Assembly (NCBI GenBank): GCA_965216755.1
Contig: CBDCGL010000011.1
Span: 1,600,001 to 1,664,000, forward strand
DNA: 64,000 bases
Origin: Alphaproteobacteria bacterium
GTDB taxonomy: Bacteria; Pseudomonadota; Alphaproteobacteria; UBA7887
Direction of reading: 5' to 3'
Position numbers and translations under genes: made by a program. Under the pieces are notes generated by a model. The model searched no databases and was not told where the DNA came from. It saw only the letters and a program-made list of their open reading frames with translations. Below, piece after piece: positions 27,837 through 37,672 of the stretch. The first letter of the stretch is position 1. Each line of letters opens with the position of its first letter.

Positions 27837-29567
27837 ATGGCTGCAAGAAGGAGCATTGGGGCATTCGGCGGGGCGTTGGTCGTCTCGGCCATGCTTATGC
27901 CCGCGGTCGCCTCGGCGGACGGCTATTCGGCCGTTACCGACGACAGGCTCGTCAACCCTGAGCCCGAGAATTGGCTCATGTATCGCGGTAATTACGCCGG
28001 CTGGGGCTACAGCCCTCTGGAAGAAATCAATACCGAGAATGTTAAAGATCTTAAGCCGGCTTGGGCATTCTCGACCGATGTCAACGAAGGCCACCAATCG
28101 CCGCCGGTGGTCAATGACGGCGTCATGTTCATCACCACGCCGGAGAACCAGGTGATCGCGCTGGACGCGGAGAACGGTGAGCTTCTGTGGCGCTACCAGC
28201 ATGAGATCCCGGAAGAGCTGTTCCAGCTCCATCCGACCAATCGTGGCGTCGCGCTTTACGGCAACAACGTCTACATCACGACCACGGATTGCATGGTGGT
28301 CGCTCTCAACGCGGAGACCGGAGAGGAACTCTGGAAGACCGCCACCGACGATTGGGAGACAGGCTACTACATGACCATGGCGCCGCTGATTGCGGAAGGC
28401 AAAATCATGGTCGGCACGTCGGGTGGCGAATACGGCATCCGCGGCCATATCACGGCGATAAATGCCGAGACTGGCGCGATAGAATGGGTCCGCCACACGA
28501 TCCCAGGTCCGGGTGAATCCGGCCATGAAACTTGGGAAAACGATGCTTGGAAGACGGGCGGCGGCTCGGTCTGGCTGACCGGAAACTACGACCCCGATAC
28601 CGGCGTCTCCTACTGGGGCACCGGCAATGCCGCGCCCTGGACCGGCGACTTGCACCCGGGTGACAACCTCTACACCACCTCGGCGCTCGCAATCCGGGTT
28701 GCGGACGGCGAGATTGTCGGCCACCACCAGTATCACTGGAACGACTCGTGGGATTGGGACGAGGTTTCCACCCCGTTGCTGGTTCCGATTGAACGCGACG
28801 GCCAGCAGATCAAAGGTCTCGCCCATGCGGGGCGCAACGGCTATCTGTGGCTGCTCGATCGCGGCACGGGCGCGGACATCGGTTTTGTCGACGCGCATAA
28901 ATATGTGCGCCAAGACGCCTTCACAAGCATCGACCCGGAAACAGGGCGGCCGAGTTACGACGAGTCCAAGAAGCCTGTGGTCGGCGAACTCATCAAGTTC
29001 TGCCCATCGTTGTGGGGTGGCAAGGACTGGCCACCGGAAGCGTACAACCCGAAGAACGGCCTGTTCTATATTCCGGCCAACGACAACCTGTGCGGTTCGT
29101 TGATCGGCGAGGACGTGCCCTTGGTGCCTGGTGAGCTGTGGCTCGGCGTGCCGATCCCGGACATCAAGATGTACTACGTCGAGGGTTCGGACCATATCGG
29201 CGAAGTCCAGGCCTGGAATCTGAACACCGGCGAAGAGGTGTGGACGCAGAACTTCGAGTCCTTCAACTGGGGCCCACTGCTCACCACCGGTGGCAACCTG
29301 GTCTTCGCGGGCGGCACCAGGGATCGTCTTTTCCGGGCCTTCCACGGCGAGACCGGCGAGATCCTCTGGCAGTTCAAGACCAACTCCGGAATTACCGCGG
29401 TTCCTTCGTCCTACTCGGTCAACGGCAAGCAGTATATTGCCGTGCAAGCCGGCTGGGGCGTCGACGCGGTGCGCATGGAAAATTCGCTCGCCGCGGAGCG
29501 AGGTTGGGACGGCGACACGCGGCCGACGCCGATCGGTGGCGTACTCTGGGTGTTCGCGCTCAACTAG
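27837..29567 (+). CDS. PQQ-dependent dehydrogenase, methanol/ethanol family
   Basis: Signal peptide, W-docking repeats, GGEYGIRG, WGTGN, WDWD, RNGY, CPSLWGGKDW; GGGAGG RBS. Confidence 0.95.
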   Translation: MAARRSIGAFGGALVVSAMLMPAVASADGYSAVTDDRLVNPEPENWLMYRGNYAGWGYSPLEEINTENVKDLKPAWAFSTDVNEGHQSPPVVNDGVMFITTPENQVIALDAENGELLWRYQHEIPEELFQLHPTNRGVALYGNNVYITTTDCMVVALNAETGEELWKTATDDWETGYYMTMAPLIAEGKIMVGTSGGEYGIRGHITAINAETGAIEWVRHTIPGPGESGHETWENDAWKTGGGSVWLTGNYDPDTGVSYWGTGNAAPWTGDLHPGDNLYTTSALAIRVADGEIVGHHQYHWNDSWDWDEVSTPLLVPIERDGQQIKGLAHAGRNGYLWLLDRGTGADIGFVDAHKYVRQDAFTSIDPETGRPSYDESKKPVVGELIKFCPSLWGGKDWPPEAYNPKNGLFYIPANDNLCGSLIGEDVPLVPGELWLGVPIPDIKMYYVEGSDHIGEVQAWNLNTGEEVWTQNFESFNWGPLLTTGGNLVFAGGTRDRLFRAFHGETGEILWQFKTNSGITAVPSSYSVNGKQYIAVQAGWGVDAVRMENSLAAERGWDGDTRPTPIGGVLWVFALN

Positions 29568-29608
29568 GATCGATAAGAGAGCCGAACTTTAGAAGTTCGA
29601 CAAAGTTG

Positions 29609-29645
29609 GGGCCGGTCGTCGCATAGACGGCCGGCCTCTTCCTTT
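29609..29645 (+). terminator. Probable intrinsic terminator between convergent genes
   Basis: Stem GGGCCGGTCGTC / GACGGCCGGCCT with a 5-nt loop, followed by CTTCCTTT. Confidence 0.65.
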
Positions 29646-29660
29646 GTGGCGTGCTCAGAC

Positions 29661-29975
29661 TTATCGAGACGGCAATTCGATTGTCAGCATCAAGGAGCTC
29701 ATGCTCTTGCCATGTAGATCTTGCGACAGATTGGCGGTGACACCGCCGTCCAAGGCATGCTCGATCACGAAATTAAACGCTTGGATCTTGGGCAACTTGT
29801 AGCGGCGTACGGGGCCCTTAGCGACGCCTCGGAACGCCTCCATGACCTGCTCTTCGGTCAGGTATTCGGCCAAATAATCATAATCTTCGGGCCGATACGC
29901 GATCACGGAAACATTCACGATGTGCCCTTTGTCGCCGGCACGGGCATGGGCCAGATCATACAGACGAACCGTCAT
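29661..29975 (-). CDS. AtuA-related small protein (stand-alone AtuA C-terminal-like domain)
   Basis: LAHARAGDKG..N, V.RY.LP...A.NFV...L.GG and D.HGK motifs; ATGA-coupled to the upstream gene. Confidence 0.85.
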   Translation of the reverse strand: MTVRLYDLAHARAGDKGHIVNVSVIAYRPEDYDYLAEYLTEEQVMEAFRGVAKGPVRRYKLPKIQAFNFVIEHALDGGVTANLSQDLHGKSMSSLMLTIELPSR

Positions 29976-31318
29976 GATGGCGCCACCATTGAAAAATGAG
30001 GCGTCACCTGGTCGCGCGGCAAGAGCACCGATTGCACGGAATAGATCTCCCGCACCTGGCGATCGGCTCCAGCGCCGCCAGCGGGTCCATTGGTCAACAG
30101 CGTATCCAAATCTTGTCCAACCGCTTCCGCTGCTCTTCGGTCGGCCGTCCGCCCGGCAACGCGCAAGCGCACTTCGTAGGGCTCGGGTCTGGCGCCATCG
30201 GCCCCATGCAAGCTTTCCAGTCCAATCAGCTCGACCCGTAGGTCATCATAGTGAAAGCCGCGCATTGCAAGGCGCTCGCGCACGACGTCGCCCGCCAGGC
30301 GCGCGCGGGCAACCGCATTGATGCCGCCATAAGAGATCTGCCCCTCGCCGATATAGCCGTCAAAGTAGCCGACGCTGACCTTATACGTATCGGTGCGCGG
30401 CGTGGCACGGGCCCCGGTCACGGTCACCCGGTCGCCGCTCCATTCACGAAATGCGATGTCGGTCATATCAAGCACGCAATCCGGCGTGATGTAGCGCGAC
30501 GGATCATGGACTTCATACAAAAGCTGCTCGGCACAGGTCATACGATCGATCCGGCCGCCAGACTCCGGTGGTTTGGAAATCGACACCGCACCATATAAGC
30601 CGATATCCGCGCGCGGAAATCCGAGCCGGGCCAGATCAGGCACATCTTTGACGCCCGGATCCGCGAAGTAGCCGCCGGTCACTTGGCCGGCGCATTCCAG
30701 CAAGTGGCCCGCCGCGGTTCCTTGTGCCAGCAATGAATAGTCATCATAAGACCATCCAAGATGGTGAATCATTGGTGCGAGAAACAATGACGGATCGGCG
30801 ACCCGGCCGGTAATTACCACGTCGGCGCCCACCGCGAGAGCCGGAACTATTGCATCTGCCCCCAGATAGGCATTCGCCGAAGCCATACGCGGCAGAATTG
30901 ATTCGAGTGGCGCGCCGGTCTCCATCAAAACCATTTCGGGCCGACCAGCGATGACCTCGCGGACGTCGTCGCCGAGCACGGCCGCGACCTTGATATTGGC
31001 TACACCTTCTTCTTCCGCAATCGCGCCGACGTGCCGTGCCGCGCCCTCAGGATTTGCCGCGCCCATGTTGCTCAGAATGACGACGTTTCGTTCGTGTGCC
31101 GCTTTCAAAACCGCGCGGATACGCTCGGCCAAAAACGGATTGTAGCCGGCATCCGGATCATGATGACGCGCAAGATTCTCCCGGGCTATCGTGCGCTCCG
31201 CCAAACATTCGAAGCCCAGATATTGGATTTCTCCGCGCTCGACCAGCTCAACCGCCGGGTCCCAACGATCTCCGGCGTAACCGGCACCAGCGCCGATCCT
31301 GACATACTGAGGTGGCAT
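29972..31318 (-). CDS. Acyclic terpene utilisation AtuA family (DUF1446) protein
   Basis: RIGAGAGYAGDR, ECLAERT, SANAYLG, ITGRVAD, GHLLECAGQVTGG and EQLLYE motifs. Confidence 0.92.
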   Translation of the reverse strand: MPPQYVRIGAGAGYAGDRWDPAVELVERGEIQYLGFECLAERTIARENLARHHDPDAGYNPFLAERIRAVLKAAHERNVVILSNMGAANPEGAARHVGAIAEEEGVANIKVAAVLGDDVREVIAGRPEMVLMETGAPLESILPRMASANAYLGADAIVPALAVGADVVITGRVADPSLFLAPMIHHLGWSYDDYSLLAQGTAAGHLLECAGQVTGGYFADPGVKDVPDLARLGFPRADIGLYGAVSISKPPESGGRIDRMTCAEQLLYEVHDPSRYITPDCVLDMTDIAFREWSGDRVTVTGARATPRTDTYKVSVGYFDGYIGEGQISYGGINAVARARLAGDVVRERLAMRGFHYDDLRVELIGLESLHGADGARPEPYEVRLRVAGRTADRRAAEAVGQDLDTLLTNGPAGGAGADRQVREIYSVQSVLLPRDQVTPHFSMVAPS

Positions 31319-31336
31319 GACCCTGTGTTCCCTTGT

Positions 31337-32332
31337 TTATGCTATGGCATGACACGCGACCGACACGCCGTAGATCGACTTCAATTCAGGCCTGTCACGG
31401 CGGCACCGATCCACGGCAAGTGGACAGCGTGGGTGAAACGCACATCCGCTTGGCGGCGATATCGGATCCGGCACCTCGCCGTCGCTCGCGGTGCGCTCCC
31501 GCCCCGCCCCATTGATCTGCGGGATCGAATCCAGGAGCATTTTTGTGTAAGGATGGCGTGGGCTGGCGAATAGTGTCCCCGTGTCCGCCACCTCGCAAAG
31601 GCGGCCAAGATACATGACCCCGACCTGATCTGCCATATGATTGACCACGGCCAGGTCGTGGCTAATGAAAAGATATGTCAGGTGTCTGGCCGCTTGCAGA
31701 TCCTTCATCAGATTGAGGATTTGCGCCTGAACCGAAACGTCCAGCGCCGATGTTGGCTCGTCGCACACGATAAAATCCGGTTCGCTGGCCAGCGCGCGGG
31801 CAATCGAGATTCGCTGTCGCTGGCCGCCGGAAAACTGATGTGGAAACTTCCGTGCATCGCGTGCGTTCAATCCCACGTCGCGCAGAAAGCCGCCGACGCG
31901 GTTTCGCGCCGCGGCCCGATCCGCCACCAAACCATGCGCCAACAATGGTTCGGCAATAATCGCAGCCACACGCCAGCGTGGGTTGAGGCTCGCATACGGA
32001 TCCTGAAAAATCATCTGCACTCGATGCCGTACTTGGCGCGGAAACGCTTCGACATCCTGGCCGGCCACGGGAATCCCCTGAAAACGCACGGTGCCACCAT
32101 TCGGTTTCGTTAGCCCAACAATACAACGTGCCGCTGTCGATTTGCCGCAGCCTGATTCGCCCACCAATGCGAACGTTGTTCCTCGGGGTATCGTGAAGCT
32201 GACATCGTCGACCGCCCGCAGCACGCGCCGCTGCCGATCGTCGCCCGTGGCCAACGCCCGCTCCAGCCACGGCAACGAAACATCGAAATAGCGCATCAGA
32301 TGAGCGACCTCAATCAATGTGTCTGTACTCAT
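31337..32332 (-). CDS. Dpp/Opp-type ABC transporter ATP-binding protein (F-like)
   Basis: GESGCGKS, FSGGQRQR, DEPTSALD and GCAFHPRC motifs. Confidence 0.95.
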   Translation of the reverse strand: MSTDTLIEVAHLMRYFDVSLPWLERALATGDDRQRRVLRAVDDVSFTIPRGTTFALVGESGCGKSTAARCIVGLTKPNGGTVRFQGIPVAGQDVEAFPRQVRHRVQMIFQDPYASLNPRWRVAAIIAEPLLAHGLVADRAAARNRVGGFLRDVGLNARDARKFPHQFSGGQRQRISIARALASEPDFIVCDEPTSALDVSVQAQILNLMKDLQAARHLTYLFISHDLAVVNHMADQVGVMYLGRLCEVADTGTLFASPRHPYTKMLLDSIPQINGAGRERTASDGEVPDPISPPSGCAFHPRCPLAVDRCRRDRPELKSIYGVSVACHAIA

Positions 32333-33285
32333 GCCTTCACCCAACACGCAATCTCGACCTTGTCATCGGCCCAAGTGGGTGGCGGTGCGGCGCTGCAACG
32401 ATTTTCAGCGACACCGCACCTCGGGTGAAACGCGCAGCCCGCAGGGCGTTCGCCCAGGGGTGGCATGGCACCCTCGATCTGAACCAGGCGTGTAGACTCT
32501 GCACCGATCCGCGGCACAGCTCCCATTAGCCCAATCGTGTAGGGATGGCGCGGCCGCGACAGCACCTCAGGTGTCGGCCCCGTTTCAACGATACGCCCCG
32601 CATACATCACCGCGACTCGATCCGCCGTTTCCGCGATCACACCAATGTCGTGGGTAATCAGGATGACAGCGGTTTCGTGGTCACGACAGAGTCTCTTCAA
32701 GACCTCAAGGATTTGTGCCTGCACGGAAACATCCAACGCCGTGGTCGGCTCGTCGGCGATGACCATATCAGGCCCCGCGCATAGCGCCAGCGCGATAACC
32801 ACGCGTTGGCGCATGCCGCCTGAAAATTGATGCGGAAAATCGTCCATGCGCCGCGCCGCCCCGGGGATTCCGACTTCGGTGAGCAAGGCAATCGCATGAT
32901 CACAGGCGGCGGAGCGGTTCATATCGGTATGGGTCTGAATCGTCTCAACAAGTTGTCGCCCCACCGTGTAAAGCGGATTCAGACTGGTCAGCGGATCTTG
33001 GAAGATCATACCGATGCGCGCACCACGAATGCGCCGCATTGCCGGTTCAGGAAACCGATCAATCCGTTCCCCGGCAAACCAGATTTCCCCACCAGAGATT
33101 CGACCGGGCGGATCGATCAAGCCAATCACGGCTTGCGCCGTCAGCGACTTTCCGGCACCCGATTCCCCAACCACACCCAGCACCTCGCCGGGCTCGACAG
33201 CAAACGAAACATCATCCAGTGCCGTGACCGAACCATGGCGCGTGTCGAACGCAAACGACAGTGACTTGACTTCGAGAAGTGGCAC
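32329..33285 (-). CDS. Dpp/Opp-type ABC transporter ATP-binding protein (D-like)
   Basis: GESGAGKS, FSGGMRQR and DEPTTALD motifs. Confidence 0.95.
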   Translation of the reverse strand: MPLLEVKSLSFAFDTRHGSVTALDDVSFAVEPGEVLGVVGESGAGKSLTAQAVIGLIDPPGRISGGEIWFAGERIDRFPEPAMRRIRGARIGMIFQDPLTSLNPLYTVGRQLVETIQTHTDMNRSAACDHAIALLTEVGIPGAARRMDDFPHQFSGGMRQRVVIALALCAGPDMVIADEPTTALDVSVQAQILEVLKRLCRDHETAVILITHDIGVIAETADRVAVMYAGRIVETGPTPEVLSRPRHPYTIGLMGAVPRIGAESTRLVQIEGAMPPLGERPAGCAFHPRCGVAENRCSAAPPPTWADDKVEIACWVKA

Positions 33286-33288
33286 CGG

Positions 33289-34230
33289 CTACCCCAATTT
33301 CGGATTAAGCGCATCGCGCAACCAGTCGCCCAAGACATTGACCGCCAGCACCAGTATCACCAGTGCGGCCCCGGGGAAGATTGTCATCCACCATTCGCCC
33401 GAAAATAGGTAGTCGTTGCCGACACGAATCAGAGTCCCGAGCGACGGCTGTGTCGGCGGTACGCCGACGCCGAGAAACGACAATGTTGCTTCCGTGATCA
33501 CCGCAACAGCCAAATGGATTGTTGCAATCACCAACACCGGACCCATGACATTTGGCAGCACGTGGCGCACCATGATACCGAGGGGTCGCCGCCCGACCAG
33601 GCGCGCCGCCTGCACATATTCTTTCGACATCTCGACCATCGCTGAGCCGCGCACGGTGCGCGCGTAGCTCACCCAACCCGACAAGCCAATGGCCACAATG
33701 AGTACCGGAATTGCCAGCGTGTCGTGCATATCACGTGGCAACAGGCCACGCGCCAAACCATCGATCAGCAGGGCAATCAAGATCGCCGGAAAACTTAACT
33801 GCACGTCGGCGGCGCGCATGATAACCGAATCGATGACGCCGCCGAAAAAACCGCTGGCCAACCCCAAGGCAATACCGATGACGGCTGCCAGGATCACCGA
33901 GGCAAAGCCGACCAACAATGAAACACGGGCACCGTAAAGGACGGCCGATAGAATATCGCGTCCTTGATCATCGGTTCCGAGCAAAAAACGTGAATCACCG
34001 TCAGCATGCCAGAGCGGTGGCACGAATGAATCCAACAAATCAAGTGATGCCAAATCGAATGGATCTTGGGGGACGATCCAAGGGGCACATGCCGCCGCCA
34101 AAAAAAGAGTGACTGTGACAATTGCCGCCAAGACAACGCCGGGTCGTCTCAAGAAATCATAAGTCAGATCGTGGCGGACGGCGCGACGCCATAATGCTGC
34201 GCGCGTTTCAAATTCCGTGTCAGCCGACAT
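33289..34230 (-). CDS. Dpp/Opp-type ABC permease (C-like)
   Basis: LGTDDQGRD, EYVQAAR..G and LSFLG.G motifs. Confidence 0.95.
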   Translation of the reverse strand: MSADTEFETRAALWRRAVRHDLTYDFLRRPGVVLAAIVTVTLFLAAACAPWIVPQDPFDLASLDLLDSFVPPLWHADGDSRFLLGTDDQGRDILSAVLYGARVSLLVGFASVILAAVIGIALGLASGFFGGVIDSVIMRAADVQLSFPAILIALLIDGLARGLLPRDMHDTLAIPVLIVAIGLSGWVSYARTVRGSAMVEMSKEYVQAARLVGRRPLGIMVRHVLPNVMGPVLVIATIHLAVAVITEATLSFLGVGVPPTQPSLGTLIRVGNDYLFSGEWWMTIFPGAALVILVLAVNVLGDWLRDALNPKLG

Positions 34231-35212
34231 GACCAACGGCGATTCGGCGTTCGATGCGCAGACGAGGATCAACCGCAAAATACAAAAGATCGACGACCAA
34301 ATTGATGATCACAAAGAATAAGCCAACCAACAAAAGATAAGCAGCCATGACGGGAATATCGACAAAATCGATCGCCTGCAAGAACAGCAGCCCCATGCCA
34401 GGCCATTGGAACACGGTTTCGGTAATGATCGCGAATGCGATGATGGAACCCAGTTGCAAACCGGTCACCGTGATCACAGGCACCAATGTGTTCTTCAGCG
34501 CATGACCGAAATGAATGGCACGCCGGCGCAACCCGCGCGCACGCGCAAAGCGGATGTAGTCCGCCCTGAGTACTTCCAGCATCTCCGCACGTACCAGGCG
34601 CATGATCAATGTCATCTGCCAGAGGCCCAATGTCACCGCCGGCAAGACCAATGCCTTCAGGCCGCTGGCGGTGAGCAAGCCGGTTGTCCACGGGCCGATG
34701 GCAATCACTTCCCCTCGCCCGAAAGACGGTAGCCAGCCCAGCGTTACCGAAAACAGCAATATCAACAGAATGCCAATGAGGAACGTCGGCAATGATATGC
34801 CAACCAAAGAAATGATCATGAAAGCTCTGGACAGCAGGCTGCGCGGATTGAGTGCGGCAAATATGCCCATTGGAATACCGATCACCAACGCGAATAGCGC
34901 AGCCGCGAAACTTAATTCCAGAGTCGCCGGCAAACGTTCAGCGATCAGCTCGGCCACGGGCCGACCATGACGATACGACAACCCAAACGAGCCTTGCACC
35001 GCGTTGCCCACAAAACGTGCAAACTGTACCGGCATTGGGTCGTTCAGTCCCAAGTCCTCGCGCAGCTGTTCACGATCTTCGGTGCTGGTGTCCTGCCCAA
35101 CCAAATTGTTGATTGGGTCACCAACATAGGTGAACAACGCGAAGGCGACGAAGGCGACGGCCAATAGGACGAATAGAGCTTGGATAAGCCGACGCACAAT
35201 GAAGGCAAACAT
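34220..35212 (-). CDS. Dpp/Opp-type ABC permease (B-like)
   Basis: ERLPATLEL, DYIRFARARG and ETVFQWPGMG motifs. Confidence 0.95.
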   Translation of the reverse strand: MFAFIVRRLIQALFVLLAVAFVAFALFTYVGDPINNLVGQDTSTEDREQLREDLGLNDPMPVQFARFVGNAVQGSFGLSYRHGRPVAELIAERLPATLELSFAAALFALVIGIPMGIFAALNPRSLLSRAFMIISLVGISLPTFLIGILLILLFSVTLGWLPSFGRGEVIAIGPWTTGLLTASGLKALVLPAVTLGLWQMTLIMRLVRAEMLEVLRADYIRFARARGLRRRAIHFGHALKNTLVPVITVTGLQLGSIIAFAIITETVFQWPGMGLLFLQAIDFVDIPVMAAYLLLVGLFFVIINLVVDLLYFAVDPRLRIERRIAVGHVG

Positions 35213-35224
35213 GGCGGAACGGCT

Positions 35225-36802
35225 CTAGTTCACGGTCACCCAGCGCAGATCCAAAATATTGTTCGGAAACTGTGACACCCCGATTGACTCCCTGATTCCC
35301 CACGCCAAGGCCTGCTGATGCAACGGAATATGGCCAACATCCTGTTTGTGGATTTCCAAGGCCTCACCAATGAGCGCATTGCGGCGATCGAGGTCGACCT
35401 CGCGCTGGATTCGTACGCCAAGTGAATCGATATCCGCATTGCTGTAACCGCCCAAATTGAACTTCCCTTGACCGCGTTCGCCCCGGGTCATGATCAGATT
35501 GTAGATCGCATTGAAGCCATCCAGGGCGGCCGGTGACCAGCCAAGCAGATAGAAGCTGGTATCGAAGCTCAGGACCTTGGCGAAGAATTTGCTTTTGGTC
35601 TGGGCCAGCAAATTGACCTTGATACCGATTTTGGCCAAGGACGCTGCCACCGCTTGGCAGATCGCTTCATCGTTGACATAACGATCGTTGGGACAGTCCA
35701 TGCCGACTTCAAAACCATCACCATAGCCGGCTTCGGCCATCAACGCGCGCGCTGCGTCAAGGTCTTGAGCAAAGCGATCGTTCCGTACGGGGTCAAAGCC
35801 GGTGATATCCGGCGCGATCATCAGCCCGGTCGGCGTCGCCGCGCCGCGCATAATCTTGCGCTCAATGGCGTCTATGTCGATGGCCTGAAACATCGCCATC
35901 CGGACGCGTTTGTCCTTGAACGGATTGGCACCTTTGACATTCGACTCCAACAACTCGTCGCGCCGTTGGTCCATACCTAAAAAAATCGTGCGTAATTCCG
36001 GACCTTGCAAAACAGTGACCCCGGGCGTGCGATCCACACGCCGCACATCTTGTAGCGGTACGGGATACGCCATATCCAGCTCGCCTGATAGCAATGCGGC
36101 GATGCGCGTCGCGTCAGCCCCGATCGGCGTAAAAATCGCGTCGGTCACATTGTGTTGTGGCGCATCCCACCAATCTTCAAACGGCACCAATACAGTCCGC
36201 ACATCAGGTTCGCGCACAGTCAGTTTGAATGGCCCGGTGCCGTTGGCATGGCGGGTCGCGTAATTCTCCTTGCCCGCGCGCACATCGGTGGGGTCTTCGG
36301 CACCGTTTTCCTTGGTCCACGTTTCAGACATGATCAGCCATGCCGTCAGTTTGTGAACCAACATGGCGTCCGGACCGTCGGTGACGATATCGACCGTATG
36401 ATCGTCGATTTTTTCGACTGTCTTGATCGTAGCCAGCAGCGACGCGAAATCGGACCCAGGCTTATTGATCCGTTCGAACGAAAAGACAACGTCATCAGCT
36501 GTAAACGGCTCACCACCGTGAAACAAGACCCCTTTGCGCAAGACAAAGCGCCAACGGTCCGGCGCGGTCTGCTCCCAAGCCGTAGCCAGAGATGGCTCCA
36601 ACTGGAACTCGCGGCCGCGCCGCACGAGACCTTCATAGATGTTGGTATGGAAACCAAGCGTCATGGTTTCGAACAGGCCATAGGGATCCATCATGCCGAC
36701 GTCGCCCTGAAACGCCCATCGAAACGTTTCGGCGTGGGCAGTACCACTCAACGTTAAGATGAAACCAAATAAATTTGCCAAAACCCATCGCCGGATCGTC
36801 AT
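35225..36802 (-). CDS. ABC transporter substrate-binding protein, family 5
   Basis: Signal peptide, P.LA..W, LRKGV.FH.G..FTA.DV and GTGPF motifs. Confidence 0.95.
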   Translation of the reverse strand: MTIRRWVLANLFGFILTLSGTAHAETFRWAFQGDVGMMDPYGLFETMTLGFHTNIYEGLVRRGREFQLEPSLATAWEQTAPDRWRFVLRKGVLFHGGEPFTADDVVFSFERINKPGSDFASLLATIKTVEKIDDHTVDIVTDGPDAMLVHKLTAWLIMSETWTKENGAEDPTDVRAGKENYATRHANGTGPFKLTVREPDVRTVLVPFEDWWDAPQHNVTDAIFTPIGADATRIAALLSGELDMAYPVPLQDVRRVDRTPGVTVLQGPELRTIFLGMDQRRDELLESNVKGANPFKDKRVRMAMFQAIDIDAIERKIMRGAATPTGLMIAPDITGFDPVRNDRFAQDLDAARALMAEAGYGDGFEVGMDCPNDRYVNDEAICQAVAASLAKIGIKVNLLAQTKSKFFAKVLSFDTSFYLLGWSPAALDGFNAIYNLIMTRGERGQGKFNLGGYSNADIDSLGVRIQREVDLDRRNALIGEALEIHKQDVGHIPLHQQALAWGIRESIGVSQFPNNILDLRWVTVN

Positions 36803-36946
36803 AATGTGCCTCTCGTTCTTCGCATGCGACGAATATATCATCCTAGCACCAAGAGCTCATGGCGCATGCTTCAAAGCTCGTCCAACCGTGGTCATCGACG
36901 CGATCGTGGGTCAAGCTCCGCGTCGAGGGTGAAAGGAAGCAAGCAT

Positions 36947-37672
36947 ATGCCCACTGAATCGGAAGATGTCCCGGTCTCCGACAAGGTCCTGGAGGTTCTC
37001 GCCGGCATCAGCACGGCGACGCTCACGACGCAGCTCATCCATCGTGGTTTCCGCAATACGTTTTTGACCGGCGTGCGCCCACTCAACCCAACTGCGGGCC
37101 CGTTCGCCGGCCCAGCCTTCACGCTGCGCTATATTCCTTCGCGCGAGGATATCGCCGTTCCCGAGGTATGGAAAAACCGTGAGTATCCGCAACGGAAGGC
37201 GATCGAGATAGCCCCTGCCGGATCGGTCCTTATCGTCGACAGCCATGGAGACATGCGTGCCGGCGCCGCCGGCGACATTCTCGTCTTGCGTCTGCGGGAG
37301 CGCGGGGTCAAAGCGTTCATTACCGATGGCGCCATGCGCGACACGCCGGCCTTTTCAGCGATGGACTTTCCCGTTTATTGTGCGGGTGCGGCGGCGCCAC
37401 CCAGCATCGTGACCCTGTTCGCCGTCGCGTTACAGGTGCCGATTGGCTGCGCGGGAGTCGCCGTGTTTCCCGGCGATATTATCGTTGGCGACGGCGAAGG
37501 CGCTGTTGTCGTGCCCAAGCATGTGGCCGCCGACATCGCATGTGATGGCGCAGAACAGGAGCGTTTCGAGCGCTTTGTACACGCCCAGATTAAAGCCGGT
37601 CAGCCGACGTTTGGCCTTTATCCGCCCAATGAGGAAACATTGGCCGCATACGCACGCTGGACCGAAGACTAA
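36947..37672 (+). CDS. RraA family / HMG-aldolase-like protein
   Basis: GPAFTLR, AGDIL, TDGAMRD and PGDIIVGD.EG.V motifs. Confidence 0.88.
   Translation: MPTESEDVPVSDKVLEVLAGISTATLTTQLIHRGFRNTFLTGVRPLNPTAGPFAGPAFTLRYIPSREDIAVPEVWKNREYPQRKAIEIAPAGSVLIVDSHGDMRAGAAGDILVLRLRERGVKAFITDGAMRDTPAFSAMDFPVYCAGAAAPPSIVTLFAVALQVPIGCAGVAVFPGDIIVGDGEGAVVVPKHVAADIACDGAEQERFERFVHAQIKAGQPTFGLYPPNEETLAAYARWTED

Noticed and set aside
27822-29447. 541-aa antisense ORF over the PQQ dehydrogenase
   Set aside because: It has no recognisable motifs and is explained by strong codon bias on the sense strand. The same applies to 7575..8651, 21425..22267 and other shadow ORFs.
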